From positions 192,001-256,000 of the forward strand of contig JBMNLH010000004.1 in NCBI GenBank assembly GCA_050952625.1: a stretch of DNA of 64,000 nt. The letters run 5' to 3'. Source of the DNA: Bacillota bacterium. GTDB lineage: Bacteria > Bacillota > Ch66 > Ch109. Position 1 is the stretch's first letter; every line of letters starts with the position of its first letter. The translations under genes and the position numbers were made by a program. This document shows positions 22,227 through 34,291 of the stretch, piece after piece. The notes under the pieces were generated by a model, which did not search any database, had not been told where the DNA came from, and was given only the letters and a program-made list of their open reading frames with translations.

Positions 22227-22328
22227 GTGAACTCGTCCACCTTCGCTGAACATCGGGCTTCGGGTGGAAACTCTACTTTACCTGAAGTTTGAACAAGGGA
22301 AACCCACTTTGTTTATGAAAGAGGGTAG
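22227..22328 (-). mobile_element. IS200/IS605-like miniature element, copy D (degenerate)
   Basis: GTGAACTCGTCCACCTTCGCTGAAC...CCTGAAGTTTGAACAAGG. Confidence 0.75.
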
Positions 22329-22339
22329 AACCAGAAAAA

Positions 22340-22999
22340 ATGCTTGAGTCTGGTAATAACCCGCCGGAAGCCGAATCGGACATGACCTCAGCTTCAGGCA
22401 ACCGACCAATCCGGATTGGTGTGCTGGCCATGCAGGGGGCCTTTATTGAGCACTGTCGCATGATGGAAAAACTAGGCTGTGAATGCAGGCAGGTCCGGAA
22501 ACCAGAGGATCTTGAGGGTTTGCACGGTTTGATCATTCCTGGTGGAGAAAGCACCACTATTGGCAAGCTGATGGATAAATTTAAACTATTTTCGGCCTTG
22601 CAGGAAAAAGTCAGACAGGGTCTACCCGTGTATGGGACCTGTGCGGGTTTGATTCTATTGGCTAAAGAGATTACTGGTAGTACGCAACCCCGTCTAGGGT
22701 TTATGGATATAAGCGTTCAAAGAAATGGTTATGGGCGTCAGATTGACAGTTTTGAAGCGGATTTGTCTGCCCCTTTGTTGGGCGACAATCCATTTCACGC
22801 GGTTTTTATCCGGGCACCTTTTATAGAAAAGGCCGGGCCGGAGGTGGAGGTGCTGGCCGAGTTGGATAAGCGGCCAGTGCTGGCCCGTCAGGGAAAAATG
22901 TTGGTGAGTTCCTTTCATCCAGAGCTGACGGATGATCTGCGAATTCATGAGCTTTTTCTCCAGATGGTGAAGAATAGTGAATTCGTCCAGCTTCGCTGA
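22340..22999 (+). CDS. pdxT: PLP synthase glutaminase subunit
   Basis: IGVLAMQG, IPGGESTT, GTCAGLI, RNGYGRQIDSFE, FHPE. Confidence 0.97.
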   Translation: MLESGNNPPEAESDMTSASGNRPIRIGVLAMQGAFIEHCRMMEKLGCECRQVRKPEDLEGLHGLIIPGGESTTIGKLMDKFKLFSALQEKVRQGLPVYGTCAGLILLAKEITGSTQPRLGFMDISVQRNGYGRQIDSFEADLSAPLLGDNPFHAVFIRAPFIEKAGPEVEVLAELDKRPVLARQGKMLVSSFHPELTDDLRIHELFLQMVKNSEFVQLR

Positions 23000-23092
23000 C
23001 AGCGGGGCTTTTGATAGAGACTTCGCTCTATCTGGAGTTTGAACAAGGTAACCCCCGTTTATAGAAGTAGGGGTCTTTTGAACTCAGATAAA
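22977..23092 (-). mobile_element. IS200/IS605-like miniature element, copy E, overlapping the pdxT 3' end
   Basis: GTGAATTCGTCCAGCTTCGCTGA...GGGGTCTTTTGAACTCAGATAAA. Confidence 0.78.
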
Positions 23093-23423
23093 CATTCAAT
23101 AAGACATTAGTCGAGGATTAAAACGTGAGACGTTAAATGGTTATCCTTAAATATGGCGCATCAAACATCGGGTTGATGATACGTTTCGGATTTCGTCAGG
23201 CAAAGTGCTTGCCCCATGGCGGTAAAACGCAAGGCGAAATGCTCTATGAATTGGTGCTTATCAGGTATGAACGTATCTGCATTGACCAACTATTGGAGTG
23301 GCTGACAAGCATCTGGTTTTTTTAGCAAGATGTTACAAAACAATATTTATAATTTTGCTTAAATATCGACTTGCCTTATTTATGGCTCTGTGCTAGAATT
23401 GGTGAAAAATTGATTTTCTTAAA

Positions 23424-23684
23424 GTGGTGATAGGGAATAGTAGGCTGCAGCGAGCTTCTCCAGAGAGTTGGTGGTCGGTGCGAACCAACGTAGCACACAG
23501 CTGAATCCACCCTGGAGCGGGAACGAAAGCGGAGCTGGCAGCCGCCTAAGTTCTACCGGTCATGTCCGTTATGCATGTTGAGTGGGTTACCGTTTAATGA
23601 TGTTTTTTAGGTGGGGTAACCAATCAGGGTGGCAACGCGGGAAGAAACCTCTCGTCCCTAACAATGATTGGGACGAGGGGTTTA
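23424..23684 (+). promoter_or_regulatory. T-box riboswitch with Ser (UCC) specifier
   Basis: AGTA, AGAGA, GGTGCGAA and specifier GAA-TCC; T-box AGGGTGGCAACGCG; terminator CCTCTCGTCCC...GGGACGAGGGG-TTT. Confidence 0.92.
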
Positions 23685-23716
23685 TTGTTTCTAATATATC
23701 CAGGAGGGAGAAGGTA

Positions 23717-24874
23717 ATGTCCATGTTTCAAGAAAAACAGTTTTTGCAAATGCCGGGTCCAACACCGGTACCACCTCAGGTATTAAGGGCCTTGAGCCAG
23801 CCGATGATCAACCACCGGGGGCCAGAATTTAAGGAACTCTTTGAAGAGGTCACCACTGGGGTGCAAAAAACTTTTAAAACAGAAAATCCGGTTTTGATCT
23901 TTCCAGCCGCTGGTACCGGGGGGTTGGAAGCAGCAGTAGTTAATTTTATCTCCCCAGGAGAAAAGGTTTTAGTAGCCTCAATCGGCGTATTTGGCAACCG
24001 GTTTGCAGAAATCGCCAGTAAGTTTGGTGCTCAAGTGGAGAAGATGGAGTTTGAATGGGGAACCGCCGTAGACCCAGCCCAGTTGGCGGACCGGCTGGCC
24101 TCAGATCAAGCCGGGGAGATCAAGGCAGTGATCGTTACCCATAATGAGACCTCAACCGGGGTGACTAATAATTTACCAGCAATTCGGCAGGCTATGGGCA
24201 ATCATCCGGCCCTGTTAATAGTGGATGCAGTCAGCAGTCTGGGAGCAGTTGATTTGCGAACTGATGAATGGGGCCTGGATGTCGTGGTCACCGGGGCGCA
24301 GAAGGCCTTTATGCTTCCGCCTGGTTTAGCCTTCGTTAGCGTCAGTCCTAAAGCTTGGGCGGTCGCCGAAAAATGTACTAACTCTAAATATTATTGGGAT
24401 CTGACCGCGGCTAAGAAGTATCTAGAAAAAGGGCAGACTCCCTATACCCCGGCCATATCCTTATTGACCGGGTTGCGTGAATCCTTAAAAATGATGCACG
24501 CGGAGGGATTGGATCAGGCTTTTGTCCGGCATACCCGGTTGCGGGATATGACCCGAGCCGCGATGCGGACCCTGGGGTTGCGGCTGATGGCCGCCGATGA
24601 CATTGCCTCCTCATCCTTAACTTCGGTCTACGCCCCAGAGGATGTCGAGGCCAACAAGCTGCGAAAGGTGGTCCGGGAAAAGTATAATGTGATTCTGTCA
24701 GGAGGACAGCAAAAGCTGGACAATAAAATATTCCGGGTTGGCCATTTAGGCTGGGTGCAGCCCCTAGATATCGTAGCCACCATTGCTGCGATTGAAATGG
24801 GGTTACTGGATTGCGGCTGCAGTATTGAATTAGGCAGCGGAGTTCGAGCAGCGCAACAGGTTCTGAGAAGCTAA
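23717..24874 (+). CDS. Class V PLP aminotransferase (serine-pyruvate/alanine-glyoxylate type; likely phosphoserine aminotransferase role)
   Basis: PGPTPVP, HNETSTGV, VDAVSSLG, GAQKAFMLPPGL, FRVGHLG; the RBS places the start at 23717, not at the longer ORF start inside the T-box. Confidence 0.9.
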   Translation: MSMFQEKQFLQMPGPTPVPPQVLRALSQPMINHRGPEFKELFEEVTTGVQKTFKTENPVLIFPAAGTGGLEAAVVNFISPGEKVLVASIGVFGNRFAEIASKFGAQVEKMEFEWGTAVDPAQLADRLASDQAGEIKAVIVTHNETSTGVTNNLPAIRQAMGNHPALLIVDAVSSLGAVDLRTDEWGLDVVVTGAQKAFMLPPGLAFVSVSPKAWAVAEKCTNSKYYWDLTAAKKYLEKGQTPYTPAISLLTGLRESLKMMHAEGLDQAFVRHTRLRDMTRAAMRTLGLRLMAADDIASSSLTSVYAPEDVEANKLRKVVREKYNVILSGGQQKLDNKIFRVGHLGWVQPLDIVATIAAIEMGLLDCGCSIELGSGVRAAQQVLRS

Positions 24875-25055
24875 TCTAGCCTATGAATATAACCATTTAT
24901 TCGTTAATCGCTATGCGAGCAACGCGTGACTAATTCTGAGCATGGGCGGTTAGCAAGTAAGTAAATAATACGCATACAGGTATGGGTGGTTTGGGACGGT
25001 TTGTAAGAAAATTGCGTCGATCATTCAAATGACTAGAAAATAGGGGGTTATAGAG

Positions 25056-26648
25056 ATGGCTGAAAGAATGAAAGTTGTCGTGGCAGAACGGATTGCTGAC
25101 GCCGGGATCGAGATTTTGCAAAAAGAACTAGATGTTGATATCAGATTCGGCATCAAGCAAGACGAATTGCTGGAGATCATTGAGGACTATGATGCGCTGA
25201 TTGTGCGCAGCGTCATCAAGGTTAACGAAGAATTGCTCAATCGGGCCAAGAAGCTGAAGGTGGTCGGACGGGCGGGGAATGGGATTGATAATATAATGGT
25301 GCCAGCGGCGACGAAGCGTGGGGTGCTGGTGGTCAATACCCCAGAGAGCAACACTATTTCCGCTGCAGAGCATACTATTGGACTGCTCCTGGCTTCCATT
25401 CGCAACATCCCGGCTGCGACCATGCAGTTAAAGAGTGGTGGTTGGGACCGCACTCCTTTTAAAGGGGTAGAACTCTACGGAAAAACCGTCGGGATCGTTG
25501 GTTTGGGACGGATTGGTTCCATGGTCGCGACCCGGTTAGCCTCTTTTGGGATGAAGGTTTTAGCTTATGACCCCTACATTGCTGACGAGCGGTTCAAACG
25601 GTTCGGTGCCGAAAAGGTGACGGAATTAAATGAACTGGTCCGGCGTTCCGATTTCATCACCGTTCACACTCCACGGACTGCTGAGACCATGGGGATGATT
25701 GGCGAGGAGCAATTCAAGATTGCTAAACGGGGCGTTCGGGTAGTTAATTGCGCCCGCGGCGGGATTATTAACGAAGCGGCTTTAATTAAAGCCATGGAAG
25801 AAGGCATTGTCGCCAGTGCCGGGATTGACGTCTTTGAGAAAGAGCCGTCACCGGGGAACCCGATCTTTAACTTGGAAAAAATCGCCGTTACTCCCCACTG
25901 TGGTGCCGATACTGTCGAAGCTCAGGACCGGGTCGGAATCACCATCGCCAATCAGGTCATTGCCGGGCTGCGGGGAGAACTGGTGCCCAATGCCGTTAAC
26001 CTGCCGACCTTACAGGAAGAGGAATTGGTTTCACTGCACCCGTTCCTTTGCCTAGCGGAAAAGATGGGTAAAGTTTACTTCCAACTGGATAAAAATCCAG
26101 TGGAACGAGTAGAAATTACTTATAGCGGACGGGTAGCCAACAAAGACACAGATATGTTAACCATCTCCTTCCTGAAGGGTTTGCTGGAGCCGATTATGGG
26201 AGAAAAGGTTAACTACGTTAATGCTTCCTTAATTACCGAACACCGGGGAGTCAAGGTGATTTCCAGCAAGGAAGAGTCTAATGATCGGAGATTTGTCAAT
26301 CTGATTACGGCCCGGGTCTACTCAAGCAATACCTTTATGGAGATTGCCGGTACCTTATCTGCTAACCAGGAGCCCCGCTTAGTGGGAGTTAAGGGTTACG
26401 ATACAGATATTACCCCGACAGATAATATGTTGTTTGTGGAAAACATTGATCGTCCTGGGGTGATTGGCCCGTTTGCCTGTGTGCTGGGTGAACATAATAT
26501 TAATATCGCGATGATGGGTGTTGGCCGGCGGCAGCGCGGCGAGGTAGCCCTGATGACCTTGAATGTAGACAGCCAGGTAGACGAGGACGTAGTCCGAAAA
26601 TTAAAAGAGATCGATGGGATTATAAATGTTAAAGTGGTTAAGTTTTAA
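25056..26648 (+). CDS. serA: D-3-phosphoglycerate dehydrogenase
   Basis: GRAG.G.DNI, GLGRIG, NCARGG, DVFEKEP, TPH; C-terminal ASB and ACT domains. Confidence 0.96.
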   Translation: MAERMKVVVAERIADAGIEILQKELDVDIRFGIKQDELLEIIEDYDALIVRSVIKVNEELLNRAKKLKVVGRAGNGIDNIMVPAATKRGVLVVNTPESNTISAAEHTIGLLLASIRNIPAATMQLKSGGWDRTPFKGVELYGKTVGIVGLGRIGSMVATRLASFGMKVLAYDPYIADERFKRFGAEKVTELNELVRRSDFITVHTPRTAETMGMIGEEQFKIAKRGVRVVNCARGGIINEAALIKAMEEGIVASAGIDVFEKEPSPGNPIFNLEKIAVTPHCGADTVEAQDRVGITIANQVIAGLRGELVPNAVNLPTLQEEELVSLHPFLCLAEKMGKVYFQLDKNPVERVEITYSGRVANKDTDMLTISFLKGLLEPIMGEKVNYVNASLITEHRGVKVISSKEESNDRRFVNLITARVYSSNTFMEIAGTLSANQEPRLVGVKGYDTDITPTDNMLFVENIDRPGVIGPFACVLGEHNINIAMMGVGRRQRGEVALMTLNVDSQVDEDVVRKLKEIDGIINVKVVKF

Positions 26649-26676
26649 CAAGTTAAGCTAAAGGATCTGAAGTTAG

Positions 26677-27982
<1,306 letters not shown>

Positions 27983-28109
27983 CCGCTTTTTGACCTGGAT
28001 TCGCCGCGATAAGGGGATGGAAAACCTTTAGAGAAATTCGACGGGCTTGACAAAATCAGCGTAGCTGTGCTATGATTTATCCGCCTTTGCAGAGTTGCAA
28101 AGGCGACGC

Positions 28110-28199
28110 GGAGGGGTGTCCGAGCGGTTGAAGGAGGCGGTCTTGAAAACCGTTGATGGGGTGACTCATCCGTGGGTTCGAATCCCACCTCCTCCGCCA
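28110..28199 (+). tRNA. tRNA-Ser(TGA)
   Basis: Cloverleaf with long variable arm, anticodon loop CT-TGA-AA, GGTTCGAATCC, CCA. Confidence 0.97.
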
Positions 28200-28275
28200 T
28201 TATTAAAGCTTCTAGCTTGACTTTTGACGAAGAGTTACGTATAATTAACCTTGGCTTTGACAATGAATGTTTTAC

Positions 28276-28370
28276 GGAGAGATGGCCGAGTCGGTCGAAG
28301 GCGGTCGCCTGCTAAGCGATTAAGCGAGCTAAAACTCGCTTCGAGGGTTCGAATCCCTCTCTCTCCGCCA
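28276..28370 (+). tRNA. tRNA-Ser(GCT)
   Basis: Anticodon loop CT-GCT-AA, long variable arm, CCA. Confidence 0.97.
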
Positions 28371-28737
28371 TTACAGAGATTTAGCCTTCATTCAATAGTT
28401 AATTGGATGGAGGTTTAAGTTTTTATTACCTGATGAAAGGTGAAATATTTTGTATTAGATCGAGTATCTTTCACCGGGTAGAGTTGGCCCCAGGATTCAG
28501 AAGACGATGGGTTTACACCCGATCTTCATGTTATAAGTTGACTTAGATTAGCGTTATTGATAGAATTAACTGTACATTAACGGACTTTGCGGTTCAGAGA
28601 TTTACCTAGCAAGCATGAGATCCGTTGTACCTGAAAAGTGAAAAAGGGGTAATCCGAAGCGTAAGGCTTCCCATCTTGGCCTTGACCAAAGCCAATGTTC
28701 TTGGTATAATGCACTGGTCAGGTTTTAAAGTTAATAG

Positions 28738-28813
28738 GCGCCCGTAGCTCAGTGGATAGAGTAACGGACTACGAATCCGGAGGTCGCAGGTTCGAATCCC
28801 GCCGGGCGCGCCA
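28738..28813 (+). tRNA. tRNA-Arg(ACG)
   Basis: Anticodon loop CT-ACG-AA, GGTTCGAATCC, CCA. Confidence 0.97.
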
Positions 28814-28891
28814 TGTGAAAGTCTTATCCCGCAAGTGATTGCGGGATTTTTGCTTTTGTAATGAGTCACCAGGAATTCATTTTGAAGTGCG

Positions 28892-29045
28892 GTGATCTCT
28901 ATTCCTAATGGGGAATTAATTGAAGGATATTTAAGGACCGGGAAAATGAAACTGGTGCAAGCCTGGATAGAAATACATCAGGACGAATTGATCGCCAACT
29001 GGGAACTGGCTATTCGTGGTGAGAGTATATATAAAATAGATCTAA
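28892..29045 (+). pseudogene. DUF4160-like protein fragment (N-terminus missing)
   Basis: ISIPNGELIEG.L...KMKLVQAWIEIHQDELIANWELA..GE..YKID. Confidence 0.65.
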
Positions 29046-29096
29046 TTTCGGTACGACGAATTGGACGAAGTACAATGCATGAAGAGGTGGCTAATC

Positions 29097-29663
29097 ATGG
29101 AAGTCAGATATCCGGAAATGGGCATATGTGGTCTCTCGTGTCAATTATGTCCGAGATATCATTCTAATAGCAACAGTAGATGTGAAGGCTGTAAAAGCAA
29201 AACAAGAATGAATGCGGGATGTCCTTTTATTACATGCGCTATCAAGAAAAAAGAAATTGAATTTTGTTGGGAATGCCATGATGACAATAAGTGTGAAAAG
29301 TGGGCAAAACATCGGGAAGCGGGAAGAAAATTCGATTCGTTTTAGTGTTACCAAAAGCTTGAAGAAGATATTTATTTTATCCAGGAAAATGGATTTGAAG
29401 AATATAAAATATTACAGAACATGCGGGAAGAAATACTAAGGGAAATGCTGGAGAATTATAATGAGGGACGTTCAATGAGTTATTATTCTATTGCGGCAAC
29501 TGTTTTGACAATTGAAGAATTAAAAGGGGCATTAATAAAAGCAAGTAAAGATTCTAATGGCTTAGATATCAAAAGTAAATCAAAAATTCTTCACTCAATA
29601 TTAGACGAAATTGGTCAACGGAAAGGGTATTTCCTAGGACTACGTAAAAAAGGGAAGTTTTAA
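29097..29663 (+). pseudogene. Cys-rich DUF3795-like protein interrupted by an in-frame TAG at 29343-29345
   Basis: ICGLSCQLCP, CEGC, CPFITCA..K.IEFCWEC; the same frame continues past the TAG into ORF 29421-29663. Confidence 0.7.
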
Positions 29664-29761
29664 TGCTTAATCACTTTTATAGATCCAACCTGATTAATTC
29701 AAAGTTTAGTTGTAATATTTTGATTCTGGGAAAACCTAATCATACGGGAGGTGCTTAAATA

Positions 29762-29929
29762 ATGCGAGGAACTAACACAAGCTGGCTGGTTACTGGTTTA
29801 GGTGCGGCAGTTACCGGAATTGGAGCAACCATGCTCAGAGGTCCTCTCGCATCCGGCACCATTGGTTTTGGTCTAGCCCATATGGTATTGGGCGTGGCGG
29901 ATATGTTTCGGCCAAGCGTTCGCCATTAA
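29762..29929 (+). CDS. Small Gly-rich membrane protein (55 aa), absent from the ORF track
   Basis: RBS GGAGGTG; MRGTNTSWLVTGLGAAVTGIGATMLRGPLASGTIGFGLAHMVLGVADMFRPSVRH; downstream hairpin AGGCATCAGG/CCTGGTGCCT. Confidence 0.75.
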   Translation: MRGTNTSWLVTGLGAAVTGIGATMLRGPLASGTIGFGLAHMVLGVADMFRPSVRH

Positions 29930-30358
29930 CCTTATCCCGTAAGAGGCATCAGGTTTAACCTGGTGCCTTAAAAATGTTCGGAGACCGAGAATACATTTTA
30001 ATTTGGCAATCAGGAGGCTGCTGAAAGGACTTTGAATGATCGAAGACAATAATATATATTATATGTGGTACGTAAATAGGGAAGGGTGTTTAGCCAAAGA
30101 TATTTGATATCTCGGCCAATAAGAGCATACACTGAATTATGATTAGAGATAATACTTTTGTACTCGTACCGTTAGGTAGCTAGATCAAAATTTTGAGCAA
30201 ACTTGTCTAAATAATTATATGGTCATAAAATAAATATTGGGCTGGTCATTGCCTTCATGACTCTTAGAATACAGTGACCTGGAAGAAGTCATAAATCCGA
30301 TTGCTGCTGGTTGCTAAGGTTAGAGACGTCAATAATAATATGGAAGGATGGGATATTT

Positions 30359-30571
30359 GTGAGAGATCATTTTGTTGAACTGCCTATTTTAGCAGATTCC
30401 AGAGAATTCTTAGATAAAGAGATTGAGATCTTTCGGAAGAATAACGAGGAATTGAACCCAAGGTTTAAAATATTTTTAAACAGGATAGAGCCGAACCCGG
30501 ATACGGTCGTTTTTACCGAAAACAATCACCAGTTGTTTCAGGTGTTTTTCGATTATGAAATAAGCTTATAA
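30359..30571 (+). CDS. Hypothetical small protein
   Basis: Purine-rich RBS-like sequence before the GTG; open frame. Confidence 0.45.
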   Translation: MRDHFVELPILADSREFLDKEIEIFRKNNEELNPRFKIFLNRIEPNPDTVVFTENNHQLFQVFFDYEISL

Positions 30572-30582
30572 GATAAACCCGA

Positions 30583-30693
30583 GTGAACTCGTTTAACTGC
30601 GCTGAACATCGAAGCTTCAGACGGAAACTCTATACTCCACTTGAAGTCTAAACAAGGTAACCCCCACCTAATAGAAGTGGGGGTCTTTTGAAC
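30583..30693 (-). mobile_element. IS200/IS605-like miniature element, copy F
   Basis: GTGAACTCG...CCCCAC...GTGGGGGTCTTTTGAAC. Confidence 0.78.
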
Positions 30694-30765
30694 GCGCTTG
30701 AGTTTTCATACTCAGTTAGTGCCACCCTAGTGACATGAGGATCGAATTGGAAGATAACAGATTTG

Positions 30766-32781
30766 CTACACAACAAACTTTTTCGTCTCTTCTTTGAGAC
30801 TATCCATCATTGCCACCAGTTCCTTCAGGTTTTGACCGACTGTTTGCGTCGAAGCAGTCATTTGCTGCGTTGAGGCAGCAATTTCTTCTGAGGCGGCCGC
30901 ACTTTCCTGCGAAATAGAGACAATGTTTTCGATCCGTGAATTAATTGTTTGGGTTTGCTCTTGTACAACGCCAGCCTTGGCTTCCGCATCATGCAGAAGT
31001 TCGGCTACTCTTAGCGTCTCATCTGCGATTTGTTTGAACCGTTCCCGGGCTTTGTCCCCAATGCTTGTTTGCTCGCTGATCAGTTTAGCAGTCTCCATGG
31101 TAGCGGTAACGGCTGTCGATACATCGAGCGTTATTTGTTTGATTAAGGCAGCGATCTCATTGGCCTGGGTACTGGAGGCTTCGGCCAGTTTTCGGACTTC
31201 GTCAGCCACAACCGCGAACCCGCGGCCGGCATCGCCGGCTCTAGCTGCTTCGATAGCGGCGTTTAGGGCCAGGAGATTTGTTTGTTCAGCAATGTTGGCG
31301 ATAACGGAAGTAATCCCGTTGATTTGTTCAGCCTGAGCCGTTAAACGGTCCATTAATGTTTGGACTAGCTGAGATTTATTATTGGTTTCTTGCATTCGGT
31401 CAGTCAGTTCCTGCATAACCTGTTCACCTTGGCGAGTGTTGTCGACGGTCTCTTCGGTTGTCTGAGAAATGACACTAATATTTTGCGCCAGCAGATTCAT
31501 TTGATTGCCGGTATTAGAGACCGCGGCAGCGATACTGGTTAAATCATTCACTGTTTCTTGAGCACCGCTGCTGATTTGATTAATAGAGATCGCTACCTGA
31601 TCGGATACTTGAGCAGTATTCTCGGTCGCCTCGGAAATGTCCCGGACGTAAGAATCCACGTTGGTAATTGCATTCTGAAGAGACCTAATAACCCCTCCAG
31701 TATTCTTGACCATCGTTTTTAAGGAACGGCCGAGGAGTTGTAATTCGCCGATCGAACTGGTATCCTCAATATCAACCTGGAGGTTTCCGGTGGCCAGGAT
31801 ATCCGTTTTATTAACCAGCGCGCTAAGCGGTTGAGATAGCTGGCGGCTAATGAAAATCGCTATGATAGCCACAATTATTATTGATATTAAAGTGACTCCC
31901 AAATTTGTCCGCATCAGGGATCCGGTGATGTCATAAACCTCGTTGGCCGGTTGGGATAGGAGAACATACCATTCGGCGTTCTTAAAGGTAGAGTAAGCGG
32001 CTAATTTTTGACTGCCATCATTATAGAGATAGTCTATGTATCCCGAACCCTTTTGACTTAACATGGTCTGCAGGCCGGTTTTTAAGCTTTCGGTGGCTGT
32101 CTCTAGATAATTATTGCCAACCATTTTTTCATCCGGGTGAGCAACCGCTGCGCCGGCATAGTCCAAGATTACTGCATAGCCAGAGTTACCGTATTTAGCA
32201 TTTGCAATCATTTTCCTAAGGTATTCGGCTTTCACCGAAATCGCTAGCACCGATGGTCCCGTCGGAGTTGTTACCGGAACCGCCACGACAAAAATCTTAT
32301 TGCCGGTTGATTTAGCAATCACCAGGTTTGAAACCCAGGTCTCTCCTTTAATCGCGTGCTGAAAGTAGTCTCGGTCCTTCAAGTTATTGCTAGTGCCCAG
32401 GGAACTAAATTGTTGACCGGTCTCGTCAACCCAGAAAATCAATTCCGCTTCAGGCCAGGCATTTATTTCGCTCTTCATTAATTCCATAATCTGCTGACCA
32501 TCGCCAGTTTGAATAATCGGGTTTTTTCCAAGATCATTTAGCTTGTCAATTTTTTCGTTTAACCAGGCATCAATAACCTCGGCCGTCATTTTGGAGGTTG
32601 CTTCTAATCCGTCATTGATTTTGGCGGTCATCTGGTTATTGGCGTAGTAATAGTTTACAGCACTAACGACAATCAAGGGAACAATGGATAAAACAAGGAA
32701 TAGAATGGGCAGTAATGTTTTAATTGTTCTAATACTAGTTGATTCGTCTGACAACTTCATAGGTTTTCTCTCCTGATACAT
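30766..32781 (-). CDS. Methyl-accepting chemotaxis protein (dCache + HAMP)
   Basis: Two TM helices, DRDYFQ, and the signalling hairpin [36 protein letters not shown]. Confidence 0.96.
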   Translation of the reverse strand: MYQERKPMKLSDESTSIRTIKTLLPILFLVLSIVPLIVVSAVNYYYANNQMTAKINDGLEATSKMTAEVIDAWLNEKIDKLNDLGKNPIIQTGDGQQIMELMKSEINAWPEAELIFWVDETGQQFSSLGTSNNLKDRDYFQHAIKGETWVSNLVIAKSTGNKIFVVAVPVTTPTGPSVLAISVKAEYLRKMIANAKYGNSGYAVILDYAGAAVAHPDEKMVGNNYLETATESLKTGLQTMLSQKGSGYIDYLYNDGSQKLAAYSTFKNAEWYVLLSQPANEVYDITGSLMRTNLGVTLISIIIVAIIAIFISRQLSQPLSALVNKTDILATGNLQVDIEDTSSIGELQLLGRSLKTMVKNTGGVIRSLQNAITNVDSYVRDISEATENTAQVSDQVAISINQISSGAQETVNDLTSIAAAVSNTGNQMNLLAQNISVISQTTEETVDNTRQGEQVMQELTDRMQETNNKSQLVQTLMDRLTAQAEQINGITSVIANIAEQTNLLALNAAIEAARAGDAGRGFAVVADEVRKLAEASSTQANEIAALIKQITLDVSTAVTATMETAKLISEQTSIGDKARERFKQIADETLRVAELLHDAEAKAGVVQEQTQTINSRIENIVSISQESAAASEEIAASTQQMTASTQTVGQNLKELVAMMDSLKEETKKFVV

Positions 32782-33016
32782 TAAAAATTGAATTATTGAT
32801 TTTTATGTCCAAAAACTATAAGTAATTTTTAGATTTTAGTTTATTAATAACTGAGGCACCACACCCCTTTCGGTGGATTGGAAGGTTAATTTTAACAAAT
32901 AAACTAAATAAATAATTTAGGAGTTTAGTCCTAAGTTTGTTAGGAATCTAGATTCGACATAAATAGGCAAAATCCTTTAATATATCCAAAATATCCGGGC
33001 TTTTTCAAAAGTTACC

Positions 33017-33132
33017 TTTATCTGGATCAAAAGACCCCCACTTCTATAAATAGGGGTTGCCTTGTTTAAACTTCAGGTGGAGTAGAGTCTCCATCCGAAG
33101 CCTCGATGTTCAGCGAAGCTGAACGAGTTCAC
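33017..33132 (+). mobile_element. IS200/IS605-like miniature element, copy G (most complete)
   Basis: TTTAT-CTGGATCAAAAGACCCCCACTTCTATA...CTTCAGGTGGAG...GTTCAGCGAAGCTGAACGAGTTCAC. Confidence 0.82.
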
Positions 33133-33287
33133 TTTTCTGCTAAAAAGGGATCAAACCAGTTTGAATGAAGAAGATAGATAAGCGGATATCAACACTATAA
33201 TGCTTAAGTAGCCATACATTTGAGATTTTATCAGATTGCATCTAACCGATTAACGTGCTATAATAATGTGCGCATTATATCAGATGG

Positions 33288-33364
33288 GCGCCCGTAGCTC
33301 AGCAGGATAGAGCAGCGGTTTCCTAAACCGGAGGTCGGGGGTTCGAATCCCTCCGGGCGCGCCA
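33288..33364 (+). tRNA. tRNA-Arg(CCT), likely an integration site
   Basis: Anticodon loop TT-CCT-AA, GGTTCGAATCC, CCA; adjacent convergent integrase. Confidence 0.95.
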
Positions 33365-33506
33365 TGCGAAAGTCTTGTCCCGCAAGCGTTTGCGGGATTT
33401 TTGTTTTTTAGCGTTTATCGCTAAATATGTGTTTTGGGAGCAAATTGGGAGCAAAGATAATTAACGGGTATAAAAAAGACAGGTTTATGCCTGTCTTTCT
33501 GACGGC

Positions 33507-34105
33507 CTAGGTTAAACCTAGACCATTCATCCTCCAATTTTTGTATCCTTTTGTATAAAACGCTGGTATACATTTTCTAGCTTGTCTGATATGGCTTTGT
33601 CGGCACTTTGCAGGTAATGGCTATAAATGGCTCCAGTAGTGGCTGGGTTAGCATGCCCCAGCCTGCCTGATATGTTTTTCAGCGGGATGTTCTGATTAAT
33701 TAGCATTGTGGCCGCGGTATGGCGAAGGCCATGAAAGGGCAGGGTGGTAGCTGGTGTTTTTTAATAAACTTATGGAACCATCGGGAAGGCCACTCTGGGT
33801 GTCCAGGCCTGCCGTCCCATGTGGTGAATAATCTATCTGATCCCTGCCACAAATCTCCGAGCTTAAGCCGGTCCTGAGCCTGCTGGGCCTTGTATTGTTT
33901 AATCATAGCCATGACAAAACCTGGGACTGATATAACCCTTTTCGACGTTTCGTTTTTGGGTTCCTTCGTAATAATGCCTACGCCAGTTATGTATTGGCTG
34001 GATCGCCTTACGCGAAGTAAGGAATTGTCGAGGTCCATATCCTGCCACTCGAGTCCCATTATTTCACCGCGGCGTAATCCAGTGAACAGCGCTAAAAAAT
34101 TGATG
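33507..34105 (-). pseudogene. Tyrosine integrase, C-terminal catalytic half only, frameshifted
   Basis: LFTGLRRGEIMGLEW, PK..TSKR; after the shift FHGLRHTAATMLI, RLGHAN, IYSH. Confidence 0.88.
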
Positions 34106-34291
34106 AATTAGTTGAAGAAAAGGCCATTACTGAACGCCCCAAAGAAGTGTTTATCGCAAAGCCTGTAATGAAATATATTCACCCTGAGTTTGCGGACCCC
34201 AAATATGAAACTTATCTTGGCGATTATCAGTACACGTTTGAACAATGGTTAAACGACCAGCTTAATTAATAATATTTAGGAGGTAATTGCC

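Noticed and set aside
23137-23325. Possible c-di-GMP riboswitch or small ORF upstream of the T-box
   Set aside because: Only scattered GGCAAA/CGCAA words without the required paired stems; the ORF lacks an RBS and recognisable motifs
23582-23716. N-terminal extension of the aminotransferase ORF
   Set aside because: It overlaps the T-box antiterminator/terminator; the real start follows the RBS at about 23703-23710
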